The position numbers and the translations under genes are program-made. DNA of 49,765 nucleotides, counting the filler, from Sphacelaria rigidula (Eukaryota): NCBI GenBank assembly GCA_964200075.2. It is 3 parts of 3 records of this genome, joined end to end, with 100 filler letters (N's around TTAATTAATTAA, not from the genome) between each part and the next. Parts side by side here need not be neighbours in the genome. Positions count along the whole stretch, not along the records: positions 1 to 16,522 come from CAXNAA020001324.1; positions 16,623 to 33,144 come from CAXNAA020001325.1; 1 more part is not named here. The stretch is one strand, 5' to 3'. Positions 13,992 through 27,200 of this stretch are shown piece by piece. How positions within the stretch are numbered: the stretch's first letter is position 1; each line of letters begins with the position of its first letter. The notes under the pieces were generated by a model. The model was not told where the DNA came from, ran no database searches, and was given only the letters and a program-made list of their open reading frames with translations.

Positions 13992-16522
13992 ATCACCTCC
14001 TACGTCTTGTGTAACCCGATCCTTGTGCAATGGCGCCGTCTACGTTATTCTGCCGGTATAGCGTTTAGCACGCTACAGTCAGATTGGAAGAGTGTCTGGT
14101 CTGTCAACCTCAAATCGCCGATTTATGCGGTATAAAAGTCGTTGTAGCTTGCTCAAATGGTGTCCCTCCGCGAAAACAGACCCGGAGGCAGAGATGGCTG
14201 GTAGGGATTCGCGGTATTCAATTTGCTCAGGCCACGTCTTGCAGCACTATTTGCAATGAATCCCCCGCCTGTTTATTCTACAGAGGCCGTGTAGAATTTC
14301 AATCCACCGCGATCTTTTACAAGTACCTCAGGTACTGCACTGTACCCCCCTCGTCTTTGCTTTGTAGCAGGCCAAGAAACGTGGGCAGGGGTACACAAAG
14401 TGAAAACAGCCCTTGTGACCCCACACTCAGTACAGCGGAAAGCACCAACACAAGCGATATCCGTCGACTTCTTCCAACTGAGAGCTACCTCGTCTTTCCT
14501 CTCCGAAGACGCGCAGCACAAAGAAAGTAGATGCCTTGTCGGTTGGGATAGCGAAGGATACAGATCAAACACAACCCCGCAGTCCCGTCTTTGTGCCTAC
14601 TCTGTTGGCCTGTAGCTGCTGGTTTCGCGTTTTTGCCGATGGTGCGTCAAGCGGAAGCTGGAAATCCCAACACGCCTCCTTGGAGTTGGCGAGATATTTA
14701 ATATTGCTTTCGAGTCGCAACTATTATAGACACATTCGGTGATTTTTGTGCCGAAATTGCCCCGCACGGATCTTTTGTGTTGCTGTTGCGACTTCGAGTG
14801 TGCCGCGGCTGTGCTGTTCCAGATAATGTTTTGGATATTTGGCGAGGCACAACCCTAGTACCAAGCACATACAGCACCTGAACAGCACATGGAGTATCGT
14901 GCAACGATTCCGGGCAGCCGTATGTATGCAACTCTTTTGACACTGAACTGCGCGGGTCACTCGAGCTGCAAACATTGACCACTACCGGTTGTGCGGGACC
15001 GGTTCGATCGGTTCTGGTGGATCAATCTTTAATATTCTACTGGTACAGTAATACTAAGTATGATTTAACAGAAGGAAGAGGTGAGCATTTTAGATACTTC
15101 AAATGTGATGTTGCAGTAGTTTCAGTTCTCGTCCATTGCTCGGCTGACCATCGCTTCAGCTTTGCAATACGGATATAAGCAAATTGGGGAACACCAGGAG
15201 ACAAGTGCAGATTGTACGAGCAATGTCGTACGGTACACAGTACTCTACCGAGATTTCGAAAAAAGAGGTCATCCCTTCGAAAGCGAGGATAGATTGCCTG
15301 CTGGATCGGCACCAACATCGCTTGAAAAAGTATGCTCGATCCAGATGGACTACCCGCATCGCGGTCAAAGGGTGAAATGAACAGGTGACGTGTCGAATTG
15401 TCCGCAGAGGAACATCTCGGTTCATACAAGCCTGTGTTTCAATACATTCACCGAACAACATGCATGTATGTTGGCGTGTTGTCATCCTATACTGTTAATT
15501 CAATCAATTGTAAAGAATTATTTCCTGATATCACCACGCCTGCCGACCAACATAATGCTTATAATAAATACCCAGTACTGTTCACAATGAAATCGTGTCC
15601 ACCACCATCATGATTATTCCGTGTCACCCTCGCCTCCATGACTAATAAAATCAATTGCAAAATAACAATATCAGAGGATCGAAGCGCTTGCCCTGTCCTC
15701 CCCATTTTTTCAGACACCTCAACCCTCTCTGGACGGATGCCAACTACCCCACAAAAAAAACTAGTAAGTGAAAAAAAAACGTTCGAAGAACGACTCCTCG
15801 CCCACGCACCAACTGCTTCATGTACTATTCACACATCCCGACACCTCCGTCTGCCCCACTTTTTCACCTACCCTTCACCTGGCGAGTGATAATGCCATCT
15901 TTACACACCGTACAGTGTAGATGTTTGTATTGTCTGTCTCCTGTCTCTTTCTCACAGAAGTATTTAACCAACACCCGTAACCAATTGAAACAAAATAGAC
16001 AAGAACCAGTGAATTATGCTCAAGGGAAGAAATCAAACGCCAACGACGAAAACTTACAACGACAACACCAGCAAAGCCTCACCGATAATCTCCCAAGGGC
16101 AGACAAATCACTGATCACGATCACTCCCTCTCGTTCACCAAATTCGTGTGTCTGGTGGCGTGAGTTGTGTGCGTGTCAAAGTAAGAAACACATGACGAGT
16201 CCGCAAAAAAACTGAAAAAAGCAGCAACCAATCCGTCTGTCTTGGGCTCCATGCATTTTGCATGACAACTCCGATCCACAACAAACCCGATCCTACCCTT
16301 GTACTTCCACGACGATGACTTCTTGGGCAAGCCTCACAGTAGACAACAAATCAGCACGCAATCGCGCATGACATCGTCGATGTCAATTTCACGGGCGCGT
16401 ACAAAGACGCTAGTAATCTTGATCCTACCCTACACATGCCGTATGTCCTCGCCCCCCCCCCCCCCCGCCCCCCGCCCCAGCACGTCACCATCACAAAACA
16501 ATGCCCCCCCACCACCAATACC

Positions 16523-16622
16523 NNNNNNNNNNNNNNNNNNNNNNNNNNNNNNNNNNNNNNNNNNNNTTAATTAATTAANNNNNNNNNNNNNNNNNNNNNN
16601 NNNNNNNNNNNNNNNNNNNNNN
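16523..16622. other. Artificial contig-join linker (N44 TTAATTAATTAA N44)
   Basis: 100 bp with a six-frame stop cassette in the middle. Confidence 0.98.
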
Positions 16623-17943
16623 ATTTTTTTCTGAACAAGGGAAACAAATTCGGTAAAAACCCGGCCCCCGGCCCCGCCCCGCGGGGCGCCCCCCCGGCGG
16701 GGGGGGGGGGGGGGGGGGGGGGGGGGCATTTTGGCTTTCGGCTGCGCCGCTCGATGATCAAACCACCATGTACCATCTAAGTGATTAATGGTTGCGATAC
16801 GCGTAACTTTTCCACTGGTTCATTGTCAGACAAACCCTTTCCGAGCTCTGCTTAACATAGCAAAGCTTGACTTTAGATATTGCTCCACTGAAGCGAAGTA
16901 CCTCGCACGGGGGCGGACTGTGGCTACACATCTGAGAGCGTCATATGTCTACCGTGAGTGAAGCTGCTGCTCCACCTGTTGAGATGAAGCACACGCTTCA
17001 ACGTGACACCTCGTAACCGCATGAAACAATTTTTCGTGAGATTGAGTCTAGGATGCGATTGAGAGTGAGGAGCGATCAATTAATTAATGAAATAGTCTCA
17101 GTTCCGAATCGCTCCTCCTGGCCTCATACGAGCGCCAATACCATTTCTGCAGTAGCTTGCCACTGAAGCCTTTTTATATCCCTGAGTAGGATATCGACGT
17201 GTAGCTGTTAGCATATGACAGTGTTGAGGCGTTTCTCGGCACATTTTTTCGGTCGAATTCACGACCTGAAATAAATGGAAGAAAAAACTGGTGGGAGTCG
17301 ATCTGCTCGGTCCACGGCATTTCTCTTCCTCGCTGGCTTCAACTATTTTTATGAGTAGTGGTGCGTGGAGAAGGAGTAAAAAACTGGAAAACAATCAAGC
17401 TACTGTGAGCTTTTTCGGCTGCAAACATGAGAAGAAAAAGTACGAGGGGGCGCTTGACTCCCCCCATCTTGCAGACCACCACGCCTGATGCCACCCGCTC
17501 ACATAGCCATGCAAACCCCACACAACTCATTCTCAGCTACCACCGCAACTCCGCAGCATGAAGCACGAGTTGAGCACAGGAATAAGTACACACTGCAGTA
17601 TTTGAATATGCTTCGTGTATTTTCGTTCACGAAAACTTGAGCATCTTCTTTCATGGTACGGATTGGTGACCCAATTGCATGGCACGGTGAGAGACCGACT
17701 TGCGTACATGCTCATAGACAGCGCAGGCAGTAGGATAAAGCTGCGGGTTGTTCAAGTCCTCTTTACGTCGCATTGTAAGCAAAGAGAGCAGACAGTCCTG
17801 CGCTATCTGTACCGTACTTGCCTTCTTCTGTCACATCCTAAAACACTGTACGAAACACGCACACACCCACACCCGGACGCACCGCGTGCAAACAGTGTAA
17901 TGGTACTGTCTGTCGTACCGTCTGCACTGTAGACAGGTGACCA

Positions 17944-18272
17944 CACACGCGGTCTAGATCGGTCAACTTTTCGAGCCTCCAGAGGAACTAAACGCCTCCG
18001 GAGGGGTGTGCGGCCCTCCAGATGAGATTTTTTTGTTTCCTCCAGGGGGATTAAACGTCTCCGGAGGCTTGTTTTTGCCTCTGGAGGGCCACGCATTTCT
18101 CCGAAGGCATTTTGCTACCCCAAAATTTCTACGGAGGGGTGTTCGGCCCTCCAGGTCGGTAGTGTTTGATTTCCTTCAGAAGGATTGAAGGCCTCCGGAG
18201 GCTTGGTTTTGCCTCCGGAGGGCCGTGCATCCCTCCGGAGGCATTCTGGGGGTAGCCTAAAGGCCGCGTGTG
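17944..18272. mobile_element. Non-autonomous element with 12-bp CAC...GTG TIRs and an internal array of ~13 CCTCCGGAGG palindromes
   Basis: CACACGCGGTCT / AGGCCGCGTGTG ends; the motif recurs about every 20 nt; internal ~135-bp tandem duplication. Confidence 0.6.
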
Positions 18273-19038
18273 CAAGTAACGCTTCACGAATTCCGTTGTC
18301 TTTTTTCGATCGAAAGCTTGCACAATGCAAATTCGCTTGGACCCGACTCGCGGAAATCGAACGAAATTCACTCAAGACAGGCCCTAAACGCCAGAGAAAA
18401 GTACACACAAGATGAAAAATGGTCAAGTTTGAGCGAATATTAAAATGCATCATCAATCAATGCTACACTCAAAATCTCATGTAAAGATTGTTCTGAACAC
18501 GAGAAAAGCAGCATTTCCTTTAATGGGTATTCAGACTTGTTGACACACATTCTTGGATCAAAGTTGTTGCTGACCACGCCGGTAGGAGTTGACGCATGAT
18601 GGAATGAAAAATGAGTTTAAAGAGAGTTTCGGAAAATGTTTCTCCGAATTTCGAAATCAGGACGACGGAAGGAAAAAAAAGCCAGTGACGGCACAATTCC
18701 AACACAGATCCAACCCGAAGAAAAGTTTGGGATCAACTTTTCAGGATCAGAGCCCAATTTTGAGCACTCTATCTTCGGGTCTGAAGTACCGGTTCAGAAC
18801 AGTTGATGGAACAAAGGGGAATCACAACCATTCCCACCACCAGTGTGACAGCTGGTTCACCATCGAAAGATGTATCTCAAACTGGATGTTCCTGATATAT
18901 TTTGCTCTAAATACTGTGGAATATACCGGGAATCTCGAGTTTGAGATACCTCTAGTATACCCCAACAAGCTATGTGTGACATCAATCACAACTGTCATCC
19001 TTGTCTCACAACGAGGCTACTTACTTGGCGTTGCGCTA

Positions 19039-19312
19039 CGAATGTTCATGGTTGACACATTTCACAAGTTTCGCTACCCCTACATCCCTTACCCCAACCC
19101 AACGCATACCGAAAACCCTCGGGCAAGGGTGGTACGTAGCACTCCCTAGGCAAAGTGCGGCGTTGGTAGACCCCAAATTGGCGCGTGTGGCGCCGATTTC
19201 AACGAAAACGCGTTCTGCGCACGCGAGGAGCACACGGGACTGTCAGCCTTACCAACGATCCGATTTTGGTTCACACCCTCGAATCAAGTAATGTGTCAAC
19301 CATGAACGTTTG
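19039..19312. mobile_element. Tc1/mariner-type MITE (TA TSD, 23-bp TIR)
   Basis: TA|CGAATGTTCATGGTTGACACATT...AATGTGTCAACCATGAACGTTTG|TA. Confidence 0.75.
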
Positions 19313-19509
19313 TAGCCCAATGGCGGTCAACTTTACTGCTCATAACTGTCATCCTTCTCGCAATGGACTAATCACGAGGTAGCAACACGTAAAATTGCAG
19401 ACAGTGGATATGTAGGCCGCTACCCTGGTATCAGCATTGCCACCACGTTGGTTGTTGCATATAATTTGAATTTTCTGTGCACACAAGAAGTTGCCTTGGG
19501 TACAGTGGA

Positions 19510-19732
19510 CGGTGACTACTGTGTCGTGGGTAGACAAAATTCAAGGTCGACGAGGAAAAGGGAGGGAAAGAGGCTGCTGACCCCTTCTCGTGATCAAAAG
19601 AAAGCCGAGCACCGCAGGAGGAAAATAAAGTGCGAAGAACGAAAGAAAAATAACAAACTCCTGTGCTGGCCTCCCTCCTGTGTGGCCCCGGCTGATGCGC
19701 CCACATAAACCGCAAGGCATAGTGTACCGTCT
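19510..19732 (+). mobile_element. 5'-truncated copy of the SINE-like repeat
   Basis: TGTCGTGGGTA...GCTGCTGACCCCTTCTCGTGAT...CCCTCCTGTGTG..GGCTGATGCGCCCAC; no tRNA head. Confidence 0.6.
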
Positions 19733-20089
19733 GTACGGGAGCCTCGCCACTGGCAGTGCTGAGCAGTTTTGTGCCGACTTCTGCATTTTATAAACGGATG
19801 GTTGACCGCACATTTGATGAGGCAACCTGCGGTCATTCACTACAAACGATGAAGCACCTTCCGTCACATCGCGTCGAAATTTCATCCTGAAGTTGTTGCG
19901 TTCTGACCTGAAACAAGTATTCATTTTTTTCGAAAGTCTCTAATAAAGTGAAATGACGTAGATGTGTGTTTTGGTGTTGTCCGCACGAAACAGATGAGAC
20001 ATGCCTTTCTTGGACTAACTCTACTCGAAGTAAGATGGTGTAAAATGAGTAATTCCAGACTTTCGGAAGCGTTTTTCTCAAAACGGTTT

Positions 20090-20409
20090 ACCCCAGCCCG
20101 CCGCCCCAAATTGACGGTCGAAGTATATTTGCTTTCAGTGCGGAGCGTCATATCCTGGTTTCTAGGAGGCTGGTAATCGAAGTGATCGCTCAGTGTACGC
20201 AGCACACGTTTTGGCTCAGATTGGCACCACAACCGTAGCTGCAGATTTGAGGTCTACCAACCAGCTCTTTCCAGGGCACCCTCCGTACTCCCTTCGTCTG
20301 AGGGTTGCCTCTTGGGTTGGGGTTGGGCTTAGGGCGGACTTGACTTGGGGTTTCAAGAAGATAGAATATGCCCAACAATATAATAGGTTTTGGGCGGCGA
20401 GTTGGGGGT
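20090..20409. mobile_element. MITE with ~23-bp TIR whose core resembles the inverted core of 19039-19312
   Basis: ACCCCAGCCCGCCGCCCCAAATT / GGTTTTGGGCGGCGAGTTGGGGGT; internal GGTCTACCAAC and TTGGGTTGGGGT are reverse complements of motifs in the 19.1-kb element. Confidence 0.55.
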
Positions 20410-21061
20410 CGCCAGACCACAATTCCTCCGGGGGCTGTTACTATTATTATATCATGTGATATGGGTTAATTTGACGAAGTGAGTTGAGCCGTGTTTTGAA
20501 ATCAGACCGTATCAACAGTCGATGAAACTAGAGATGGTCAAAGTATGAGAGAGAGACTATGCTAGACAACATCTTTTTTTTTTTTTCCCAAGAAAGAAAG
20601 CTTGGTGCGCGATCCCGATCCCTGAAAGAGAATCGCCTTCGAAGGTAGGTCCAATTTGAACGATTTCAGTCAGGGCTGGGTGGTGTTGAGTCATACACCG
20701 TCCTCCGTTATGCATAAGTTGAGACCAAACGGAACGTCTTATCCGATATTAAAATTTTTTACTCGGTTCACGTCACGTCGATGGTCGGTGTATGAATAAT
20801 ACTCAACTTCGTTTTGATTCATTTCCCACTATTATATGCACGATCCCCCATCGCCCCACCTCGGCCGCCCATGGCCCCAACATTCTTTCGCTCGTGTCTT
20901 CCGTCGCTGCCCGTGTGCACATTTTTTCCCTACTTGTCGTAATTCCCAACAACAAAACACAGGTACAACGCCAGCGGCGACTGCCGGAGTCCCCCGACCC
21001 TCCATATGCTAATAGATACCCTCTACAAATCCCTGAGTCTCTCACAGGCTCAAGCTCTTGG

Positions 21062-21295
21062 ATGGAAGGTGATCACCTCGCACGACAAGAAGAGGCGGAG
21101 GCGGAAGAGGAGGGAGACGGGGAGGGGTCTGTGCCAAGGGAACCGGCCACGGAGGACATAGATATGGCTGTTTCGTTGCCACGCAACTTGAACGATTTGG
21201 GATTGCAGATTCCGTCCAGGCCAAGCGACATCGATGTGACCTCCAGGGCGCATTCATTGTCACCAAAAGGGGTGCAACAAATCCACGACATTAGG
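21062..21295 (+). CDS. ARF-GEF exon 1 (acidic N-terminus MEGDHLARQEE...)
   Basis: ATG at 21062 downstream of an acceptor (ctcacag, 21047); donor AGG|GTGAGT at 21296; phase 0. Confidence 0.7.
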
Positions 21296-24200
21296 GTGAG
21301 TTTTCCTCTGCACACTTGATTACTTGGTGTATTCCACTTGTCCTGCTGTCTGGCACTCTGTCTGTAACTGTGTCAATTGTGTCACTCATGCAGCTTGTGG
21401 GGGGTGACTAACTATAAAAGCAGTGACTACTACCTGGTGGTACCCCTGGGGTTAAAGAATTAAACTCTTGTTCAAAGTTCCGAGGTTTTGCCTTATTCAT
21501 GTGGTCTCGGGGCCCAGGGATGCCAAATACTGGCGGCCTTACCGTGCCAACCGTTATCAGGTGACACCGAGCTGCTCCTTCTCACACCTCTTGTGTCGGG
21601 TTGATGGTAATGTTACTCTTCAGTGCACCCCTCGGAGTTCTGTCCCAGGCTCTCGAAACCGATAGACACAGCAGACGCAAGGTCATCTCCCATGAAATCA
21701 AGCGCGAAACCTTTGCCTCGCCCTGTGTAGCTCTGTGTCACATACTGGTACTATACCGTTACTGATGCCGACTGAATTGTGTTCCGATCCCCGACTCGAA
21801 GCGAACCGACCCGGTCCGATACGGTGCGAATCCTGATACATCGCGAAATAAAACAAAACGAACCGAAACGAAACCATACGAAACGAACCGAAACGAACCG
21901 AACCGAACCGCAGATCGGTCCCGATGGCGTGACGTTATGCCCGAGTTCTCTTCACGAGCTTGGCATGGCGGACGGCTTCTCTAAGCGCAACCGCAGCTGG
22001 GGCACACGCACGTCAGTTTCAACCAAAATAGAGGATGACATGGCTAAGTGCGTTAGCGCTCTGCGCGGGCAGGTGCGCCTTGTGAACCCACCGACTTCCT
22101 GCTTGTGGCGAAAGACGACTGATTTGCTGGCGTTTTTCTCCGTGTCTTGCCGTTGCTGTTGCTGTTGCTGTTGCTTTTGTCGACGAATTGAAATCTCAAA
22201 TGTAGTAGTCGCCCGTCCTCCACGTTTGAGTGAGAAGGTACCGTCGAGACTGTTCGTAGCTTGTGCGTGCAGTGTTCAGAGCGATGCACTTGGTTTTGGT
22301 CCCTTTCGTTTCATCAAGAGAAGTGAAGGTGTACGAGCAGGCGTGGTGCCGGTCCCACTGTTGCACTATTACCACATATTTGATGGATCTATTCCTCCGC
22401 CCCCCTTCCCTTTGTCCCCTCTCGTGATTGTTGACGCGGCTCCTACTTTTTTTATTTTACTCAACCTCGTAGGAGAAGAAGGAAAAGGTTGGCGTAACCA
22501 AGTTTAACATGAACCCGAAGGAGGGACTCAACTTTTTGGTTGAGGAGGGCATCATCCAAGACACTCCTGAAAGCATTTGCGACTTCCTTTCTACAGTCGG
22601 CGGGCTGAGCAAGCGGCGACTTGGGGAGTACTTCGGGAGGGTGAGTGTTGTCGCGCTTGTCGTGCAGAGGAGCTTCCATCCAGCGGTTTTTGTGCAGGAG
22701 TAGTCGACTTGTAGAAGCGGGATGCATATCTTGCTGCAAATCGTTGAGATCGTTTTTCGCGCAAGATGGTATTGAAGGTGCAAATGAAAGCGAGCACTCC
22801 AGCTCGTACTGGGGAATTGCGAGAGAGTCTCGCATAATATTTGCAGCCTGCGCGACTGACCAAGCACGTTTTTCTGGCAGACGTTGTAATTCGCCACGAA
22901 CACACCGAGGGGGCGTTTTGCTTCGAAGGAAGGAAGAAGCCCCACCCAATCTGTGTCCCGCTACCGGAAGGCTCGGCTAGACCACCTCGCGGCAGTCATG
23001 TGTCATGTGGGGTAGACGCCTCGAGCGTTCGGGAAGCCTTGCTCAGGGCAGTGTGTGATTTGAACCCACTGAAACCCCACATGTCCATGTCAACTCGGCG
23101 CAGAGCACGCGCCGCCCTACTCTTACGCGCTTCGGCCGTGGGCGAACGTGGGGTCGTGGACATGTCGTGGGTAGCAGCACGAGAAAAGTTATCTCTAGCT
23201 CATAGATCTGCGGCAGGAAGTGACCTTCTTCCTATCCGCGTGTGCTTCCTCGTGTTTGTACGCGTGTGTGGTACGACGCGATGGCGCAGGACAACAAAGT
23301 GAGCCAGAAGGTGCTGAGCCTCTTTTTGAAAAACCTGCACTTCAACAGCTTGACGCTTGACGAGGCGCTCAGGGCGATGGTGCTCCAGTTCCGCATGCCC
23401 GGAGAGGCGCAACAGATCGACAGGTGGAACACGAGTAATCACAGGAAGGCTCAAAAGTGACCAAGTAATCACAGGAAGGGAAATGAGGCACTATTAGTAG
23501 CGCTGATGTGATGACAGTAACAAGCAGTCGCGATGACAAAAAAGGAGCAAGCGCAATGTATGCATGCAGCCCCTAGTCTCAATGTCCGTAGCGTTTATCG
23601 CGGTGTGTGTGTTCACGGTGTGTGTTCACTGACCCCCATCGGTAGTCTCGAAGGATGAATATTTTGGACGTTGCGTGACCTTGCCCTCTTGTGTCGTATC
23701 CACTCCATCGGTGCGGCGCAACTCACACACTTGTGCGCTCATTTTCGTCTCCACTTTGGTGTTCGGGTGCCTCTTCAGGATCATGGAGAGGTTTTCGGAG
23801 AGATACCACGAGGAAAATCCGGGTATCTTCTCTTGCTCGCAGACGGCGTACATCCTGGCTTTTAGTCTCATGATGCTCAACACCGACATGTATAACAGAA
23901 ACCTCAGGGTGAGACGCTGGAACGTGCACGCGGCACTAGCTCTAAGAAGCAAGAACCGACGTGAAGTAATTGTGTTTATTGTATGCCGATAGTGGCATCG
24001 TGTAGCAAACGCTGTTGCTCATGTGGGCGCAGAGTCGCGAGGTTTTGAATTGTAGTGTGCATGTACCCTGAGGCGTGTTGACAATAATTGTCTATGCGCG
24101 ATACTGTACTGTAGTGGCGATTTATGATGGAACAGGCACTAGCTCAGATGGTGTATGACTGCCCTCGGTGATCATGGACGGCATGCGCTCGTGATGGTGA

Positions 24201-27200
24201 TGGTGATGCGTTTTCCTCTTGTCCATTTCATTTTTTTTTTGTTTTCAGGAGAACGAGAAGATGACGCAGAGTCAGTTTGTCAGCAATAACCGTGAGATCG
24301 ACCAGGGGCGCGATCTACCGCGGCAGGACCTGGAGGCCATGTACCAGCGTGTGAAGGTGAGAGAAATGCATGGGCGACTCTCATGAACGGTTCGCGCGGA
24401 TGAGTGCACTTGATCGATCATTGGCTGCGTCTGCGCACGCGGAATGTGAGTGAAGGTGAAGTTGGGCATCACATTGCGTACACAAACTCACCGTTTTGGA
24501 GTCTGTCACGCGTACAAAAACAAACGCGCAAGCACCTCGGGAAGTGTCACGTTCTGAACTGATTTTCGTCCTGAAGCACAATCCGGAACTGGTATAAAAA
24601 CATCGAGATCGCACGGTGAATGGTGTGGTAATATATAATATATCCACATTGATGCTCCCCCCCCTTGTTCAGAATGAGGAGTGTATCCATTGCTGTGCTT
24701 CTGTGCGTTGCCTGTGTTCTATGCTGTCAGGCAGCAGAGATCCGAATGGATGAGGGAGACATGTTCGAGTCGGAAGTGATCGCGTTTGTCGCACCGAAGA
24801 AGAGCGGCTGGCTGAAGAAAAGGGGGAAAAGTGAGTTAGTTGATTGATGCGGATAAGCACAAGTCGATCTGGTGAAAAGACACAACTTGTTCGAGCCTTG
24901 TAGAATATGTTTCATTTGCCATCATCATAGCTCATTGCTCGCCTTTCCCGCGGCGGCGTCAACGTCCAAAGTGTCTTTTGGTACACTGACACCGTCTGTG
25001 GCATGGCTGCATCTTGCGTGTTTCTGGCCGTGAAGAGTATTTTTTGGCATAATGTATCTAGAACCTATAGTAGTTTCCCCCTCCTTTTTCTTCGTCGTGC
25101 GGATCAAGTGAGTCTGATCTGATCGTATCCATCCCTTTCCATCTCTTTGCCCTCTCGCTCCTCCCCAACTCGCATTCTATTACCTCTGCCGGCAATCGCG
25201 TGGATTCAATCGGTCTGGCAGCATATATGAAGAAGTGGAACAAGTATTGGTTCGTCTTGGCGGACACTGTTTTGTACTACTTCCTCACGCCTCAGCACCA
25301 GGACGAGGCCCCACGCTGCATCATCCCCTTGGAGGGGCCCGTTGGCATGCCTATTAGCATCGATCCCGTTGGAACCACGGACTTGTCGATTTCGGTGCAG
25401 GTGAGAATAGCAGTAGAGCTCTCGATGTAGGGATTCGGGTGAACCACGATGTTGTGGTACATGCAATAGAGCCGCTCTACACCTTCGTGCCCTACCTCTC
25501 TACAATTTTGCGGAGACGTTTGCATGTACCCACTGAGGACAAGAATAAGGGAGAAACCGGGCATACACTTGGAGCAGCTGAATTGAGCGTCCATGGCACG
25601 ACGAACGAACGCATGTTGCGCGTAGCTTTTGAGCACCCTCGAGCGCATGGTCATGTGGCAGCTGCCGCATCGCTCACTTACGGTCCTCCACCAACGCGCC
25701 GAATCTTCAATTATCTGTCTCAATATGGACTAACATAACACTCAATACAACTCAGTACAAAATACCAACACACACCACCCCAACCCGATATCTGCTCCCT
25801 CTGGATCACAACAATTTTCAGAATCACAGCGGTTACGTGAAGAGCGTCAAGTTGGCGGATAACGGACAAATGGAGCAGGGGCAACATCGTGCCTTCGTAT
25901 TCCGCGCCGAAACGCGAATAGACCGAGACGAGTGGGTCAGCGCCTTGCGTGGGGAGGTGCCCCAATCTAGCCTGGATCCGATGACTGTACACTCTAGCGC
26001 GTCCACCGCGGGGTCCAGGTCTATGTCATACAGCAGGTCACTGTCGGCGACTCCCGCGACCTCGTCTGTCGCGACACCGTTCGGAACCCCCTCCGACAAT
26101 GGGCGACGAATGAGCAAGTTTGGCAACCTTCCCGGCCGAAAACGGCGCTCGAGTTTTGAGGTAACCAACGGGAACGCGATGCACCCACCGGTTATCAGGG
26201 GCTGGGCAAGGACGAGCACCGACAGGCAGCCGGTGCGTACGTGCATGCATGGTTGTGTGTTTTGCGTTTGTAACTCAAGTTTTTCGACCCGACTGGATCG
26301 GTGAGGGTAGGGCTTTGGGTCAGCGGGGGAGCACATGTCCCCAGCTGTACGTTATGTGTGTGTGTTCTCGTGTTGCCCGCAACGTACGACCTATGCTTGG
26401 GAAGTATCTCGACGTCGTTATTTCGAACTTGGATATCGAGGTACTTACGACGAAGATGAAGTACAATACGTCAGTCCCTCCTGTTCCATATACCGTTGTA
26501 CCGTCACACCGTGGATGTTGCTGTCACCGTAGGTTAGGTTGTGAAAGAAAGAACTTAGGATATGCCTCGCGCCTTTGTTCATCGTCTTTTCGCACGCGCT
26601 TGGAGCATTAACTGTAATCCTTTGCTTCCGCTCGAACCAATGGTAACAGAGCTTGGGACGCCGTTACGTCGCACTCTTCCGGAGCTCTGACGCTGAGGAT
26701 ACCCTACACTTCTTCGGGGATCCAGTGATGTGCGATAAGATGGTGTCCCAGGGTCTGCCCACGTCGCACGACTGCGTCCACCTAAGCGCTGTTCAGGCGG
26801 TGCAGGTTCGTCAGGAAGCCACGGAAGGGGGGGGATGCGCGATTGTGCTTCTAATCGGTGCTGACGCTCAGGCCGGCGCCAACTCCAGTAGCAAAAGCGA
26901 AGAGAGTGCGAAGTCATACATCATTGTTCCCGAGGGCCAGAGAGAAGTTTCTTGTTGGATGAGCCACATCAACGCCTGCTGTCCGGTCGAAGCCCAGCGT
27001 GTTACGGTGGCGGAGAGCACGCCCTTCAGTAGCGTCGGTGGGGAGACCACTTTCCTGTCCAACGCCACCCTGGAAGAGCACGAGCAGGATGCCTCATTGT
27101 CGGGAGATGCGGTGGCGGAATTGCGGGGGAGCTCCCTGCTCCGTGTGGCGAACAGCAGCGAAGCCGCTTCGATGGGCCTCGCGACGGTCACCAGTGGGTT

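Noticed and set aside
16567..16578. TTAATTAATTAA as a piggyBac target or regulatory site
   Set aside because: Synthetic six-frame stop cassette inside the N spacer.
17976..18241. CRISPR-like repeat-spacer pattern
   Set aside because: Repeats are only 10 bp with ~10-nt linkers that are themselves duplicated; eukaryotic context; no cas genes.
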